Both the position numbers and the translations under genes were made by a program. The notes beneath the pieces are model-generated. The model saw only the letters and a program-made list of their open reading frames with translations, had not been told where the DNA came from and did not search any database. Positions 37,220-46,477 of a DNA stretch of 64,000 nt are shown one piece after another (the stretch's first letter is position 1; every line of letters begins with the position of its first letter). Origin of the DNA: an uncultured Eubacteriales bacterium (GTDB lineage Bacteria; Bacillota; Clostridia; Oscillospirales; Acutalibacteraceae); NCBI GenBank assembly GCA_948933715.1, contig CAQZPH010000001.1:10204-74203 (forward strand). Direction: 5' to 3'.

Positions 37220-38014
37220 TTGGCACGAATATGTCCACTTTTTAGTTCTAGTAAAGGTAACTCTACTTATGTTGGAACTGATAAAACAGGAATTTTAGTT
37301 GACGTTGGTAGAAGCGCAAAACAAATTGAAAAAGCATTGTTTACAAATGGTATAAATCAAAGTTCTATAAAAGCAATATTTATTACTCATGAACACATCG
37401 ACCATATTCAAGGTCTAAAGGTTATTGCTTCACGATATAAACTTAAAGTATTTGCATCTCAAGGAACTATTTTAGCTCTTGAGAAAAAAGGCGTTTTGTC
37501 AGGGAACTTTCAAATAGAAGTCATAGAACCTTGCGGGAAAGAAATCTGTGGGATGTTTATAAAACCGTTTGATACTCCTCATGATAGCAGTCATAGTGTA
37601 GGTTATATTATTAATACTACTGATAACAAACGTGCTGTTATCGCAACTGATATCGGATACATCACGGACACCATAAGAAAATCGATTGTAGGTGCAGATG
37701 CGGTTCTTATAGAGTCAAACCATGATATTAGAATGCTTCAAAATGGATCTTACCCATATTACCTTAAAAGAAGGATACTTTCTAATATTGGGCACTTATC
37801 AAACGAAGCTTGTTCTCTAGAACTTCCAAACTTTATAAAAAACGGTACTAATAAGTTTATTTTAGCTCATTTAAGCCAAGAAAATAATTTACCAGAACTT
37901 GCTTTTGAAACTTCTGTTTGTCATCTTTCCTCTCATAACATGAAAAACAACATTGATTATAGACTTCTTGTTGCACCTGCCGAAAATATAGGAAATACAA
38001 ACCTTGTATTTTAA
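37220..38014 (+). CDS. MBL-fold metallo-hydrolase (YycJ/WalJ-like)
   Basis: It has the HEHIDH metal motif and an SSSKGNS N-terminus. The likely start is the TTG at 37220, 8 nt after GGAGG (37207-37211). The track ORF starts at 37205. Confidence 0.82.
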   Translation: MARICPLFSSSKGNSTYVGTDKTGILVDVGRSAKQIEKALFTNGINQSSIKAIFITHEHIDHIQGLKVIASRYKLKVFASQGTILALEKKGVLSGNFQIEVIEPCGKEICGMFIKPFDTPHDSSHSVGYIINTTDNKRAVIATDIGYITDTIRKSIVGADAVLIESNHDIRMLQNGSYPYYLKRRILSNIGHLSNEACSLELPNFIKNGTNKFILAHLSQENNLPELAFETSVCHLSSHNMKNNIDYRLLVAPAENIGNTNLVF

Positions 38015-38025
38015 GGAACGTTTTT

Positions 38026-38508
38026 ATGATAAAAATAAAAATCATTTGCATCGGAAAGTTAAAAGAAAAATATTGGATAGACGCCTTTACTGAATATAAA
38101 AAAAGGTTAACTCCATTTTGTAATTTTGAGTTAATGGAACTAGATGAATGTAAAATTAACTCAAATCCATCTAGCTTTGATATAAAATTATGTTTAGACT
38201 CTGAAGGAAAGAAAATTATTTCCAAAATTCCGCCTAGTGCTCATTTAATTTCTTTATGTATCGAAGGAGTAGAACTTTCTTCTTTAAAGCTAGCTAAATA
38301 TATTGAAAACATTTCAGTTCATGAAACTAGTGAAATAATATTTATTATAGGTGGATCCTATGGACTATCTGACTTTGTAAAACACCAATCAAAATTTTTA
38401 TTATCTATGTCTCAAATGACTTTTCCTCACCAAATGGCTAGGGTTATTTTATGTGAGCAAATATACCGCGCATTTCAAATAATGTCCAAGGGTAAATATC
38501 ATAAGTAA
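38026..38508 (+). CDS. rlmH: 23S rRNA (pseudouridine1915-N3)-methyltransferase
   Basis: 160 aa. It has the SPOUT fold signature (IFIIGGSYGLS ... MTFPHQMARVIL.EQIYRA). Confidence 0.9.
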   Translation: MIKIKIICIGKLKEKYWIDAFTEYKKRLTPFCNFELMELDECKINSNPSSFDIKLCLDSEGKKIISKIPPSAHLISLCIEGVELSSLKLAKYIENISVHETSEIIFIIGGSYGLSDFVKHQSKFLLSMSQMTFPHQMARVILCEQIYRAFQIMSKGKYHK

Positions 38509-38564
38509 AACTTTTAATCTATGAGAAACGGATATTTATAAAAATAAGAAATGAGGACGTCAAT

Positions 38565-39194
38565 ATGAAAAGCATAAATAATACCACTGAAAAACCACTT
38601 AACAAAACAAAAAATAAAAAGAATTCAACTATAGAAATGATATTAATCGCATTCTTTTCTGCGCTGATTGCAATATGTTCGCAAATTCAAGTTCCAGCAA
38701 CTATACCTTTTACGCTGCAAACTTTTGCTGTGTTTGTGGCTGCAGGCATTTTAGGGTTTAAAAGGGGTACTATTAGCGTGTTAATTTATATACTGCTAGG
38801 GCTCATCGGTGTTCCTGTTTTTTCTGGCTTTAGTGCAGGTGTGGCTTCTCTTTTTGGTTTAACTGGAGGATACATAATAGGTTTTATATTTACTGCCATT
38901 TTTGTAGGTGCATCACTAGAGTTTATTGATAAAAGGTTTTACAACCAAAAAGATTCTAAAACAGAAATTATTAAATCTATTTTATACGGAACTTCAATGG
39001 TAATCGGACTTTTTCTATGTTACACATTCGGTACAATATGGTTTATGACCATGTACTTAAAGATCAACTCAGTTGCAATAAGCCTTGGTAGCGCGCTTTC
39101 ACTTTGTGTACTACCATTTATTATTTTTGATATCCTTAAAATTGTTGCTGCAGTTATTGTAATTAACAGAGTTAAAAAATATGTCAATCTATAA
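38565..39194 (+). CDS. bioY: biotin transporter BioY
   Basis: 209 aa and multi-TM. It has the PFTLQTFAVF...G.PVFSG...G...L.G.TGGYIIGF signature. Confidence 0.88.
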   Translation: MKSINNTTEKPLNKTKNKKNSTIEMILIAFFSALIAICSQIQVPATIPFTLQTFAVFVAAGILGFKRGTISVLIYILLGLIGVPVFSGFSAGVASLFGLTGGYIIGFIFTAIFVGASLEFIDKRFYNQKDSKTEIIKSILYGTSMVIGLFLCYTFGTIWFMTMYLKINSVAISLGSALSLCVLPFIIFDILKIVAAVIVINRVKKYVNL

Positions 39195-39573
39195 CCTAAG
39201 ACCCCATCATGGCCTTTGCATTATGTTTTTTGAAGGTAAAGGCTACAATGAAAAATTTATTAAAAACATGGATAAGGTAGTTAAAAGCCTTGATAAATTC
39301 CCTGATACCGAAATAATACTAAATTCTTCTAACGACATTATATGTTCAGCCTGTCCTCATAAGGGTACAAGTTGCGCTGAAAAATCAGTTCTAAATATTG
39401 ATGCTAAGATACTTTCTATTTGCCAGCTTAAAAATGGGGAAAAAATAAAGTTCTCAGAGTTTAAATATCTTATACATAACAATGTTATTGCTCTTTTAAG
39501 CCTTGAACACATATGTACAGGATGTAGATGGAAAACTCTGTGCGAAAGTAAAATAAAAAAGCCGCTACTTTAA
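39181..39573 (+). CDS. DUF1284 domain protein (Cys-rich, putative metal/Fe-S binding)
   Basis: 130 aa. The N-terminal LRPHHGLCIMFFEGKGYNEKF matches the DUF1284 signature as I recall it. It overlaps bioY by 14 nt. Confidence 0.65.
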   Translation: MSIYNLRPHHGLCIMFFEGKGYNEKFIKNMDKVVKSLDKFPDTEIILNSSNDIICSACPHKGTSCAEKSVLNIDAKILSICQLKNGEKIKFSEFKYLIHNNVIALLSLEHICTGCRWKTLCESKIKKPLL

Positions 39574-39580
39574 AAAGCGA

Positions 39581-39617
39581 AACGGGATATTTAATATTAA
39601 ATATCCCGTTATTTTTT
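39581..39617. terminator. bidirectional intrinsic terminator between DUF1284 (+) and hemW (-)
   Basis: A perfect 13-bp stem pairs AACGGGATATTTA with TAAATATCCCGTT around a 4-nt loop. A/T runs lie on both sides. Confidence 0.8.
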
Positions 39618-39647
39618 ATATTAACACAGGTCATGTATAAGTAGTTT

Positions 39648-40757
39648 TTATAAAATTATTCGCGATATTAATTCATTGGAGACTAAAAAACCCTTTGGGG
39701 TTAATTTAATGTCTTTATTAAAAATGCTTAGGAGATCATGCTTTTCAAAGGTCTTAGCTTTTTTTAAATATTCATCCCCAATATCATATCCAAATCTTTT
39801 TTTGAAAGTATCATTATTAAGTCCTTCCTTTAGTCTTAAACGCAGCATAATATATTCATTCACACTCCCACCAATACCATCGTCAATAGCGCAAGCGTTG
39901 GCATTTAAAAAGTCTTTGAGAGAGCGCGGGTAAAAAAATCTTTTCCCGTTAATAAATGAATGTGCCGATGGTCCGATACCTAAATATTCCTCGGCATTCC
40001 AATATTTTAAATTGTGTTTTCCCATATACCCTTCTTTGCAAAAGTTGGATATCTCATATTGCTTAAAATTGTGTCGTTCAAGTTCCGAAACTGCAAACAA
40101 ATACATTTTTGCTTCTTCGGTTTCATTTTTTAAATCTAATTGATGTTTGTTTTTATAAAACAAAGTCCCTTTTTCAACTTTTAACAAGTATGCCGAAACA
40201 TGTTGAACATCTTGGTTGGCACAAAAATCTATAGATTCTTTTAAAGTTTTTAGCGTTTGACCAGGCGTAGCTATCATTAAATCAAGTGAAATATTAGTAA
40301 ATCCTGACTTTTTAGCGAACTCAATAGTTTTTCTTGCATCATTTAAGGAATGACTTCTCCCAAGTTGTTTTAATTCATCATCCACAGCCGATTGAACACC
40401 TATAGAAAGTCTATTAACCCCGTTTTCTCTTAACTTCCCTAAATCTAAAATAGGCAATGTTGATGGATTCATTTCTAAAGTTATTTCTTTTTTTGAAAAG
40501 ATAAAATTATCTTTAACGGTACTTATTATTTTAATTAAATTATCGTTTCCAAGAAGACTAGGTGTTCCTCCACCAAAATACAGCGTGTCAAACGAAACAC
40601 TTAATTCTTTGCTATACCCAATTAATATTTCACAAGTCCTTTTTGTATATTTATCCAATAATTCATCTGTGGCCTTTTCAGAATAAAAATCACAGTATGG
40701 ACATTTTCGCTCACAAAAAGGAACATGTATATATAATCCCACCGAATCCACAAACAA
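39648..40757 (-). CDS. hemW: radical SAM heme chaperone HemW (HemN-like, oxygen-independent coproporphyrinogen oxidase family)
   Basis: 369 aa. It starts LYIHVPFCERKCPYCDF, which carries CxxxCxxC. It has the conserved position downstream of lepA. The start codon is uncertain (TTG at 40757 or GTG at 40751). Confidence 0.88.
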   Translation of the reverse strand: MFVDSVGLYIHVPFCERKCPYCDFYSEKATDELLDKYTKRTCEILIGYSKELSVSFDTLYFGGGTPSLLGNDNLIKIISTVKDNFIFSKKEITLEMNPSTLPILDLGKLRENGVNRLSIGVQSAVDDELKQLGRSHSLNDARKTIEFAKKSGFTNISLDLMIATPGQTLKTLKESIDFCANQDVQHVSAYLLKVEKGTLFYKNKHQLDLKNETEEAKMYLFAVSELERHNFKQYEISNFCKEGYMGKHNLKYWNAEEYLGIGPSAHSFINGKRFFYPRSLKDFLNANACAIDDGIGGSVNEYIMLRLRLKEGLNNDTFKKRFGYDIGDEYLKKAKTFEKHDLLSIFNKDIKLTPKGFLVSNELISRIIL

Positions 40758-40781
40758 CTTCCTTTCCTTTTATCTCACATA

Positions 40782-40904
40782 CATTATGGATCCGGTAATC
40801 AAAATCCCTTTTGATTAATTTATATAGATAAAACTATATTTATCTATATAAATCTTCTGCAAGCAGAGTAAAAATTCTGCTTGCAGAAAGCCGGGTCCAT
40901 AATG
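40782..40904. other. near-perfect four-way-junction structured element in the lepA-hemW spacer (function unknown)
   Basis: A 14-bp outer stem pairs CATTATGGATCCGG (40782-95) with CCGGGTCCATAATG (40891-904). One position is a G-U wobble on the plus strand only. It encloses three abutting perfect hairpins: 9 bp (40796-40817), 15 bp (40818-40853) and 13 bp (40855-40888). Linkers are 0-2 nt. Confidence 0.65.
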
Positions 40905-40927
40905 CGTGCTTATATTATAAAATACTG

Positions 40928-42736
40928 CTATTCATCAAGCTTTAAAACAGACATAAATGCATCTTGCGGCACTTCCACTGTTCCTAATTGTCTCATGCGT
41001 TTCTTGCCTTCTTTTTGCTTTTCAAGTAATTTCTTTTTCCTTGTTATATCTCCCCCATAACACTTCGCAAGAACATCTTTGCGCATAGCTTTAACTGTTT
41101 CTCTTGCAATTATTTTGCCACCAATGCAAGCCTGTATTGGAACCTCAAACAATTGTCTTGGTATTTTCTCTTTTAGCTTTTCTGCCATTTTTCTAGCTCT
41201 TTGATAAGCTTTATCTTTGTGGATAATAAAAGACAACGCATCAACCACATCACCGTTTAACATAATATCAAGTTTAACTAAATCAGACTGCGCATATCCA
41301 ATCATCTCATAATCAAATGAAGCATACCCCCTAGTTTTCGATTTTAAAGTATCAAAAAAGTCATACACTATTTCGTTAAGAGGCATTTCATAATGTATAT
41401 CCACTCTATCATTGTCAATATATTTCATATCTTTAAAACAGCCACGTCTATCCTGGCAAAGTTCCATAATATTTCCTACATAATCAGCCGGTGCATAAAT
41501 ATGAGCATTAGTCATTGGTTCCTCTGCTTTTAAAATTAAACTTGTTTCAGGATAATTCGTTGGATTATCAATGTATACAACTTCGCCACCTGTTTTAGTA
41601 ATTCTATAAATAACACTGGGTGCTGTTGTAATTATATCTAAATTGTATTCCCTTTCTAAACGTTCTTGTATAATCTCCATGTGCAAAAGCCCAAGAAATC
41701 CACATCTAAAACCAAATCCTAAAGCTATAGAAGTTTCTGGTTCAAAAGATAAAGACGCATCATTTAATTGTAATTTTTCAAGCGATTCTCTAAGATCTCC
41801 ATATCTTGCTCCATCTACAGGATATATCCCACAAAACACCATGGGATTAACCGCTCTATATCCTGGTAATGGTTCCGCAGCAGGATTTTCTGTAGTAGTT
41901 ACTGTATCCCCTACTCGTGCATCGCCAACCGATTTAATTGACGCAGCTATGTACCCAACTTCACCTGCTGCAAGTTCTTTAGCAGGTTCTATAGAAGTTG
42001 CTCTTAAAAATCCACATTCTGTAACAGTAAACTTGGCGCCTGTAGCCATAAGTTTTATTTCATCGCCTGAATGAACCTTTCCTTCTTTTATTCTAACATA
42101 TATAATTACGCCTTTATAACTATCATAATAAGAATCAAAAATAAGTGCCTTTAATGGTTTATCGTCCTCTCCTGTTGGGGGCGGTACTATTTTTACAATG
42201 CTTTCTAGTACATCTTTAATATTAAGACCAGTTTTTGCAGATACAAGCGGAGCTTCATCTGCAGGAATCCCAATTATATCTTCTATCTCATTTTTAACAC
42301 GTTCTGGATCTGCACTAGGTAAATCTATCTTATTTATAACGGGTACAATCTCAAGGCCTGCATCAACTGCAAGATATGTATTTGCAAGTGTTTGTGCTTC
42401 TATCCCCTGCGACGCATCAACAACCAAAACTGCTCCTTCGCATGCTGCTAACGACCTTGAAACTTCATAATTAAAGTCAACGTGACCGGGCGTATCAATA
42501 AGATTAAATATATAATCCTTTCCATCATCTGCTTTATATAAAAGAGTAACTGCATGTGCCTTAATAGTTATACCTCGTTCACGTTCAAGGTCCATGTTAT
42601 CAAGTAACTGGTCCGACATGTCTCTTAAAGCCACAGATTCTGTTTGTTCTAATATTCTGTCTGCTAAAGTGGACTTCCCATGATCTATATGGGCTATAAT
42701 ACTAAAATTCCTAATTTGTTCACGCGGGAACGACAA
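40928..42736 (-). CDS. lepA: translation elongation factor 4
   Basis: 602 aa. It has [25 protein letters not shown] and NKID motifs plus the LepA C-terminal domain. It uses a TTG start after GAGGTGA. Confidence 0.94.
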   Translation of the reverse strand: MSFPREQIRNFSIIAHIDHGKSTLADRILEQTESVALRDMSDQLLDNMDLERERGITIKAHAVTLLYKADDGKDYIFNLIDTPGHVDFNYEVSRSLAACEGAVLVVDASQGIEAQTLANTYLAVDAGLEIVPVINKIDLPSADPERVKNEIEDIIGIPADEAPLVSAKTGLNIKDVLESIVKIVPPPTGEDDKPLKALIFDSYYDSYKGVIIYVRIKEGKVHSGDEIKLMATGAKFTVTECGFLRATSIEPAKELAAGEVGYIAASIKSVGDARVGDTVTTTENPAAEPLPGYRAVNPMVFCGIYPVDGARYGDLRESLEKLQLNDASLSFEPETSIALGFGFRCGFLGLLHMEIIQERLEREYNLDIITTAPSVIYRITKTGGEVVYIDNPTNYPETSLILKAEEPMTNAHIYAPADYVGNIMELCQDRRGCFKDMKYIDNDRVDIHYEMPLNEIVYDFFDTLKSKTRGYASFDYEMIGYAQSDLVKLDIMLNGDVVDALSFIIHKDKAYQRARKMAEKLKEKIPRQLFEVPIQACIGGKIIARETVKAMRKDVLAKCYGGDITRKKKLLEKQKEGKKRMRQLGTVEVPQDAFMSVLKLDE

Positions 42737-42872
42737 CTTAAATCACCTCAAAATACATTTATATAACCAAAGTTTCTAGTCTAAAAGTTAATAGAGATCC
42801 CTGAGTTTTTTTTAATCTTTCTACTATAAAGATCTCAAGGACCCCTTACTAAACTCTAATCATTAATTAAAA

Positions 42873-43709
42873 TTAATTGTTTTGATCATTAACAAGTAGG
42901 CTTTTTTTACTTCTTAACTTAAATAACATAAAAATCCCAACTAAGACTGTAATAACTGCCACCACTTGAGATACTTTTATCCCAATCCCGGGAATAAGCA
43001 AGCTATCTGTTCTTAAAGATTCTACAAAAAAGCGTTCGGTACCATACCAAATAAGGTATAAAAAGAAGACTTGACCGTCATATTTTTTATATTTAACACT
43101 AAACATATGCAACAATAAAAATCCTAATATACACCAAATAGATTCATATAAAAAGCAAGGGTGCACTGGAACCCCACCTGTATTTTCACTTACCATTCTA
43201 CAAAATATATCCGTCTTAGTTCCAAACGCTTCTTGGTTTACAAAGTTTCCCCAACGTCCTATACCTTGTCCTATTAAAAATCCTAAAGAAGTAATGTCTA
43301 GTGCAGATAATAAATCAATGCTTTTTCTCCTTGCTACAAAAGAGCCACCTAAAATTCCACCAATTATTCCACCATATATGGCAATCCCACCTTGATTTAT
43401 ATATAAAATTTTAAGAGGATTTTTAATATAAAGGTCTCCCGGATAAAAAATCACATAGTATAATCTTGCACCAATTATTCCACATATTAAACCAATGATA
43501 ATTACGTCGACCATATGGTTTACATTTATTTTAAATCGTTTGCAATTAGCAAGAACATACCATAACGCCAAAAGAAAACCAACACAAATAATTATTCCAT
43601 ACCAATATATACTAATATTTCCAAGTTTAAAAGCAATTGGGTTAATTTGCAAATTAAAATTAAGCCCAGGGAATTTTACATTATAAATCATAGATAACAT
43701 ATTACTCAT
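42873..43709 (-). CDS. lgt: prolipoprotein diacylglyceryl transferase
   Basis: 278 aa and multi-TM. It has the Lgt signature GRWGNFVNQEAFG and the conserved YGIIIC/GARLYYV regions. Confidence 0.9.
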   Translation of the reverse strand: MSNMLSMIYNVKFPGLNFNLQINPIAFKLGNISIYWYGIIICVGFLLALWYVLANCKRFKINVNHMVDVIIIGLICGIIGARLYYVIFYPGDLYIKNPLKILYINQGGIAIYGGIIGGILGGSFVARRKSIDLLSALDITSLGFLIGQGIGRWGNFVNQEAFGTKTDIFCRMVSENTGGVPVHPCFLYESIWCILGFLLLHMFSVKYKKYDGQVFFLYLIWYGTERFFVESLRTDSLLIPGIGIKVSQVVAVITVLVGIFMLFKLRSKKSLLVNDQNN

Positions 43710-44994
43710 CTTTTTTCCTCCTTAATGGTAAAACTACTGAAAGTGAAGAATTTTTATTATCAAGTTGCTGTTTTAACCTATCGTTTACCTGTTCAATAGT
43801 GGTATTAGCAATGCATTCAATAGCATGAAAAAGCTCGCGGTTAGAAAAAGCAAGGTTCATCATTGCATTTGATATATTTTCTGCACTATTAAGCATAGAT
43901 ACATTTCTGCCATAAACCAATTTTTTAGCTCTTTCAAAGTCTTCCTTATTAATTCCATTTTTGTGAAGTTCTAAAACTGCCTCTTTAATCATTTTAGCCG
44001 CTTTGTCAGGATCTTTTGACTCTCCAGAAAAGATAACTGCAGCATATCCTGTTCCTTCAAAGTATTCATAGCCAAAAGAATCATTTATTAATTTTTCGTC
44101 CATTAAATCTTTATATAACTTAGATGACCTAGATGCAAATGATTGCAAAATAATATCAGTTTGCGCAAGCTGCTCATCAGTAAGTCTACTATCTTTAGCC
44201 TCTTCTTTAAAACCCAGTTGAAAAGTAGGCATTGCAATTTCAAAATGCTGCTCTATTCTATCTGTCACCACATTATAAGGTTCTTTTGGTAATATACATT
44301 CTGGTACCTTGCTGTCACTTTTCTTCACCATTTCATTAACTATTTTAAAAACATTATCAGGATCCACATTTCCCGCAACACAAAGCACCATATTGCTAGG
44401 ATTGTAAAATCCATTATAACACTCATATAAGTTTTCCGGGTTAATCTTAGAAATCGATTCTATACTTCCCGCTATATCTAGTTTAACCGGATGATTATGA
44501 TACATAGCAGCAAGTAAATTAAACATTACTCTCCAGGACGGATCATCATCATACATTTTTATTTCTTGACTTATTATTCCACGCTCTTTTTCTACAGTTT
44601 CATCAGTAAAATACGGAGACTGTACAAAATCTAAAAGTATTTTAAGGGATTCTTCGAATTTTTCAGTGCAAGAAAATAAATAGCACGTTAAGTCAAATGA
44701 AGTATACGCATTAGCGCAAGCTCCTGTTTTAGCATACTTTGAAAAAGCATCACCATCTTCACTTTCAAATAATTTATGCTCAAGATAATGTGCAATGCCG
44801 GCTGGGACTTTAATCACTTCATCTTTTCCGCATACTTTAAAACTTGTATTTATAGATCCATATTTTGTTCCTATTATTGCATAAGTCGAGTTATAACCTT
44901 CTTTTGGGTACACAAAAACTTTTAGTCCCGACTCGTGTTCAATAAAAAAATACTTGTCACCGATTCTATCACTTTTTATTTCTTTTAAAATCAT
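43702..44994 (-). CDS. M16 family (pitrilysin-like) zinc peptidase, active subunit
   Basis: 430 aa. It has the inverted zinc motif HYLEHKLFE (HxxEH). It is paired with the upstream M16 gene by a start/stop overlap. Confidence 0.82.
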   Translation of the reverse strand: MILKEIKSDRIGDKYFFIEHESGLKVFVYPKEGYNSTYAIIGTKYGSINTSFKVCGKDEVIKVPAGIAHYLEHKLFESEDGDAFSKYAKTGACANAYTSFDLTCYLFSCTEKFEESLKILLDFVQSPYFTDETVEKERGIISQEIKMYDDDPSWRVMFNLLAAMYHNHPVKLDIAGSIESISKINPENLYECYNGFYNPSNMVLCVAGNVDPDNVFKIVNEMVKKSDSKVPECILPKEPYNVVTDRIEQHFEIAMPTFQLGFKEEAKDSRLTDEQLAQTDIILQSFASRSSKLYKDLMDEKLINDSFGYEYFEGTGYAAVIFSGESKDPDKAAKMIKEAVLELHKNGINKEDFERAKKLVYGRNVSMLNSAENISNAMMNLAFSNRELFHAIECIANTTIEQVNDRLKQQLDNKNSSLSVVLPLRRKKDE

Positions 44995-46277
44995 TATGAC
45001 ACCTCCTCGTTCCCGACTAAAGCATAAATCGTATCGAGTTTAATCATATTAGCAGACTTTATAACTTGCTCTTTTGTGACTTTATTCACATCTTCTACAA
45101 ATTGTTCAGGAGATAAAAATTCCTTATCAAATACTTGCGATAAATAAAAGCTTTCAAGACCACTTAAAAAATCTCCTATAGTTCTATAGCTATTTGTTAA
45201 ACTCTTTTTTGTATTATCTAATTCAGCATCAGTAAAGTTCCCTTTTTTTATTTCTTCAAGCTGATTTAATATTTCTTTTTTCGCTTTATCTATATTTTTT
45301 CTTTCAACGCCGCTTTGCACCAACATGATTCCTTTACTTCTATCATATCCGGCAGAACAATAATAACAAAGGCTTAGTTTTTCTCTAACATTTAAAAATA
45401 GCTTCGACTGAGGTGTAGCCCCAAAAAGAGAAACAGCAACTCTTGTAGCTATAACTTCTGGATCCATAAGTGCCACTCCTGTTCTAAAGCCCATAACTAA
45501 TTTAGACTGTGAAATATCCATTTCATCGCTTTTTTCCTTAATATTATCAACGTCTTTTATTATCTGAGTATCGCAATTTAAAACTTTCTCTCTTTTTATT
45601 TTTGAAAAAGCTTTTTTAAAAACTTCAAGTGCAGACTCATTATCCGCATCGCCTAACATCATAATTTCTATTTTGGCTGTTCTCAATACACGTTTCCAAG
45701 CTTCAAATACATCATCAGGAGTTAACCTTAATACTTGAGTTTTTTCCCCAAACCTGCTGATCCCAAATTTCTCTTTTTCGCACATAATTTGTTCGCAGCG
45801 TATTTTTGCAAGAACCCTTTTATCGTTATATTCAGAATCAATCAATTCTACAAGTTGTCTTTTCTCTTGTTCAACGTTTTCTTCTTTAAACGTTCCGTTT
45901 TCAATCATTGGATCAAAAATTATATCACATAAAAGTTGCGTAAGTTGCGAAGAAAGGCTTTCTCCCGAAAAAGCATATCTATCATCTAAAAAAGAAACTG
46001 AAACAGTAAGCGTTTGTATGTCTCCTATTTTCCCTACATCTGCAAATAACGATGCTCCATAAAGATCTGCAAGCTTTTTATTAAGGCTTGTAAAATCCGG
46101 ATATTTCCTGCATGAATGGCTTAGCACAAACGGTAAAATAGCATAAGCTGATACGTTTTCACTATCAAGTGGTAAAAATGAAGTAACTGATATTCTGCCT
46201 GTTTTAAAGCGCTGATCTTTTATAACATTAAAATTTATTCCATTATCGATTTCAAAACGAGAAAAACTACTTTTCAC
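44994..46277 (-). CDS. M16 family peptidase-like protein, probably the non-catalytic partner
   Basis: 427 aa with M16 domain architecture but no HxxEH motif visible. It is translationally coupled to the downstream M16 gene (YmfF/YmfH-like pair). Confidence 0.72.
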   Translation of the reverse strand: MKSSFSRFEIDNGINFNVIKDQRFKTGRISVTSFLPLDSENVSAYAILPFVLSHSCRKYPDFTSLNKKLADLYGASLFADVGKIGDIQTLTVSVSFLDDRYAFSGESLSSQLTQLLCDIIFDPMIENGTFKEENVEQEKRQLVELIDSEYNDKRVLAKIRCEQIMCEKEKFGISRFGEKTQVLRLTPDDVFEAWKRVLRTAKIEIMMLGDADNESALEVFKKAFSKIKREKVLNCDTQIIKDVDNIKEKSDEMDISQSKLVMGFRTGVALMDPEVIATRVAVSLFGATPQSKLFLNVREKLSLCYYCSAGYDRSKGIMLVQSGVERKNIDKAKKEILNQLEEIKKGNFTDAELDNTKKSLTNSYRTIGDFLSGLESFYLSQVFDKEFLSPEQFVEDVNKVTKEQVIKSANMIKLDTIYALVGNEEVS

Positions 46278-46406
46278 TAAGGCCCCTCCTATATTTAATT
46301 TTCTAAGCCAAACTATTAATAGTTATTATACCATAAACTATGTTAATTTATCTACCATATAAAGAAAAGTATAATTATAGTTATTGGGTATTAAACTATC
46401 GATTTA

Positions 46407-46434
46407 TTGACTAAAATCAAATCTATGGTAAAAT
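46407..46434 (+). promoter_or_regulatory. sigma-A promoter of the FHA-rodA/pbp operon
   Basis: TTGACT (46407-12), a 16-nt spacer, then TGgTAAAAT (extended -10, 46426-34). Confidence 0.5.
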
Positions 46435-46477
46435 TATATATAATCTTTAAGTATATAGTTTTCAAAATAAAATATAG

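Noticed and set aside
42796-42844. Imperfect hairpin in the lgt-lepA spacer, considered as a third or fourth member of the four-way-junction elements
   Set aside because: It is only a two-helix stem with an A-rich internal loop (6 bp plus about 8 bp with a wobble). It has no branched architecture and no T-run. That is insufficient to call it anything beyond a possible mRNA stability hairpin.
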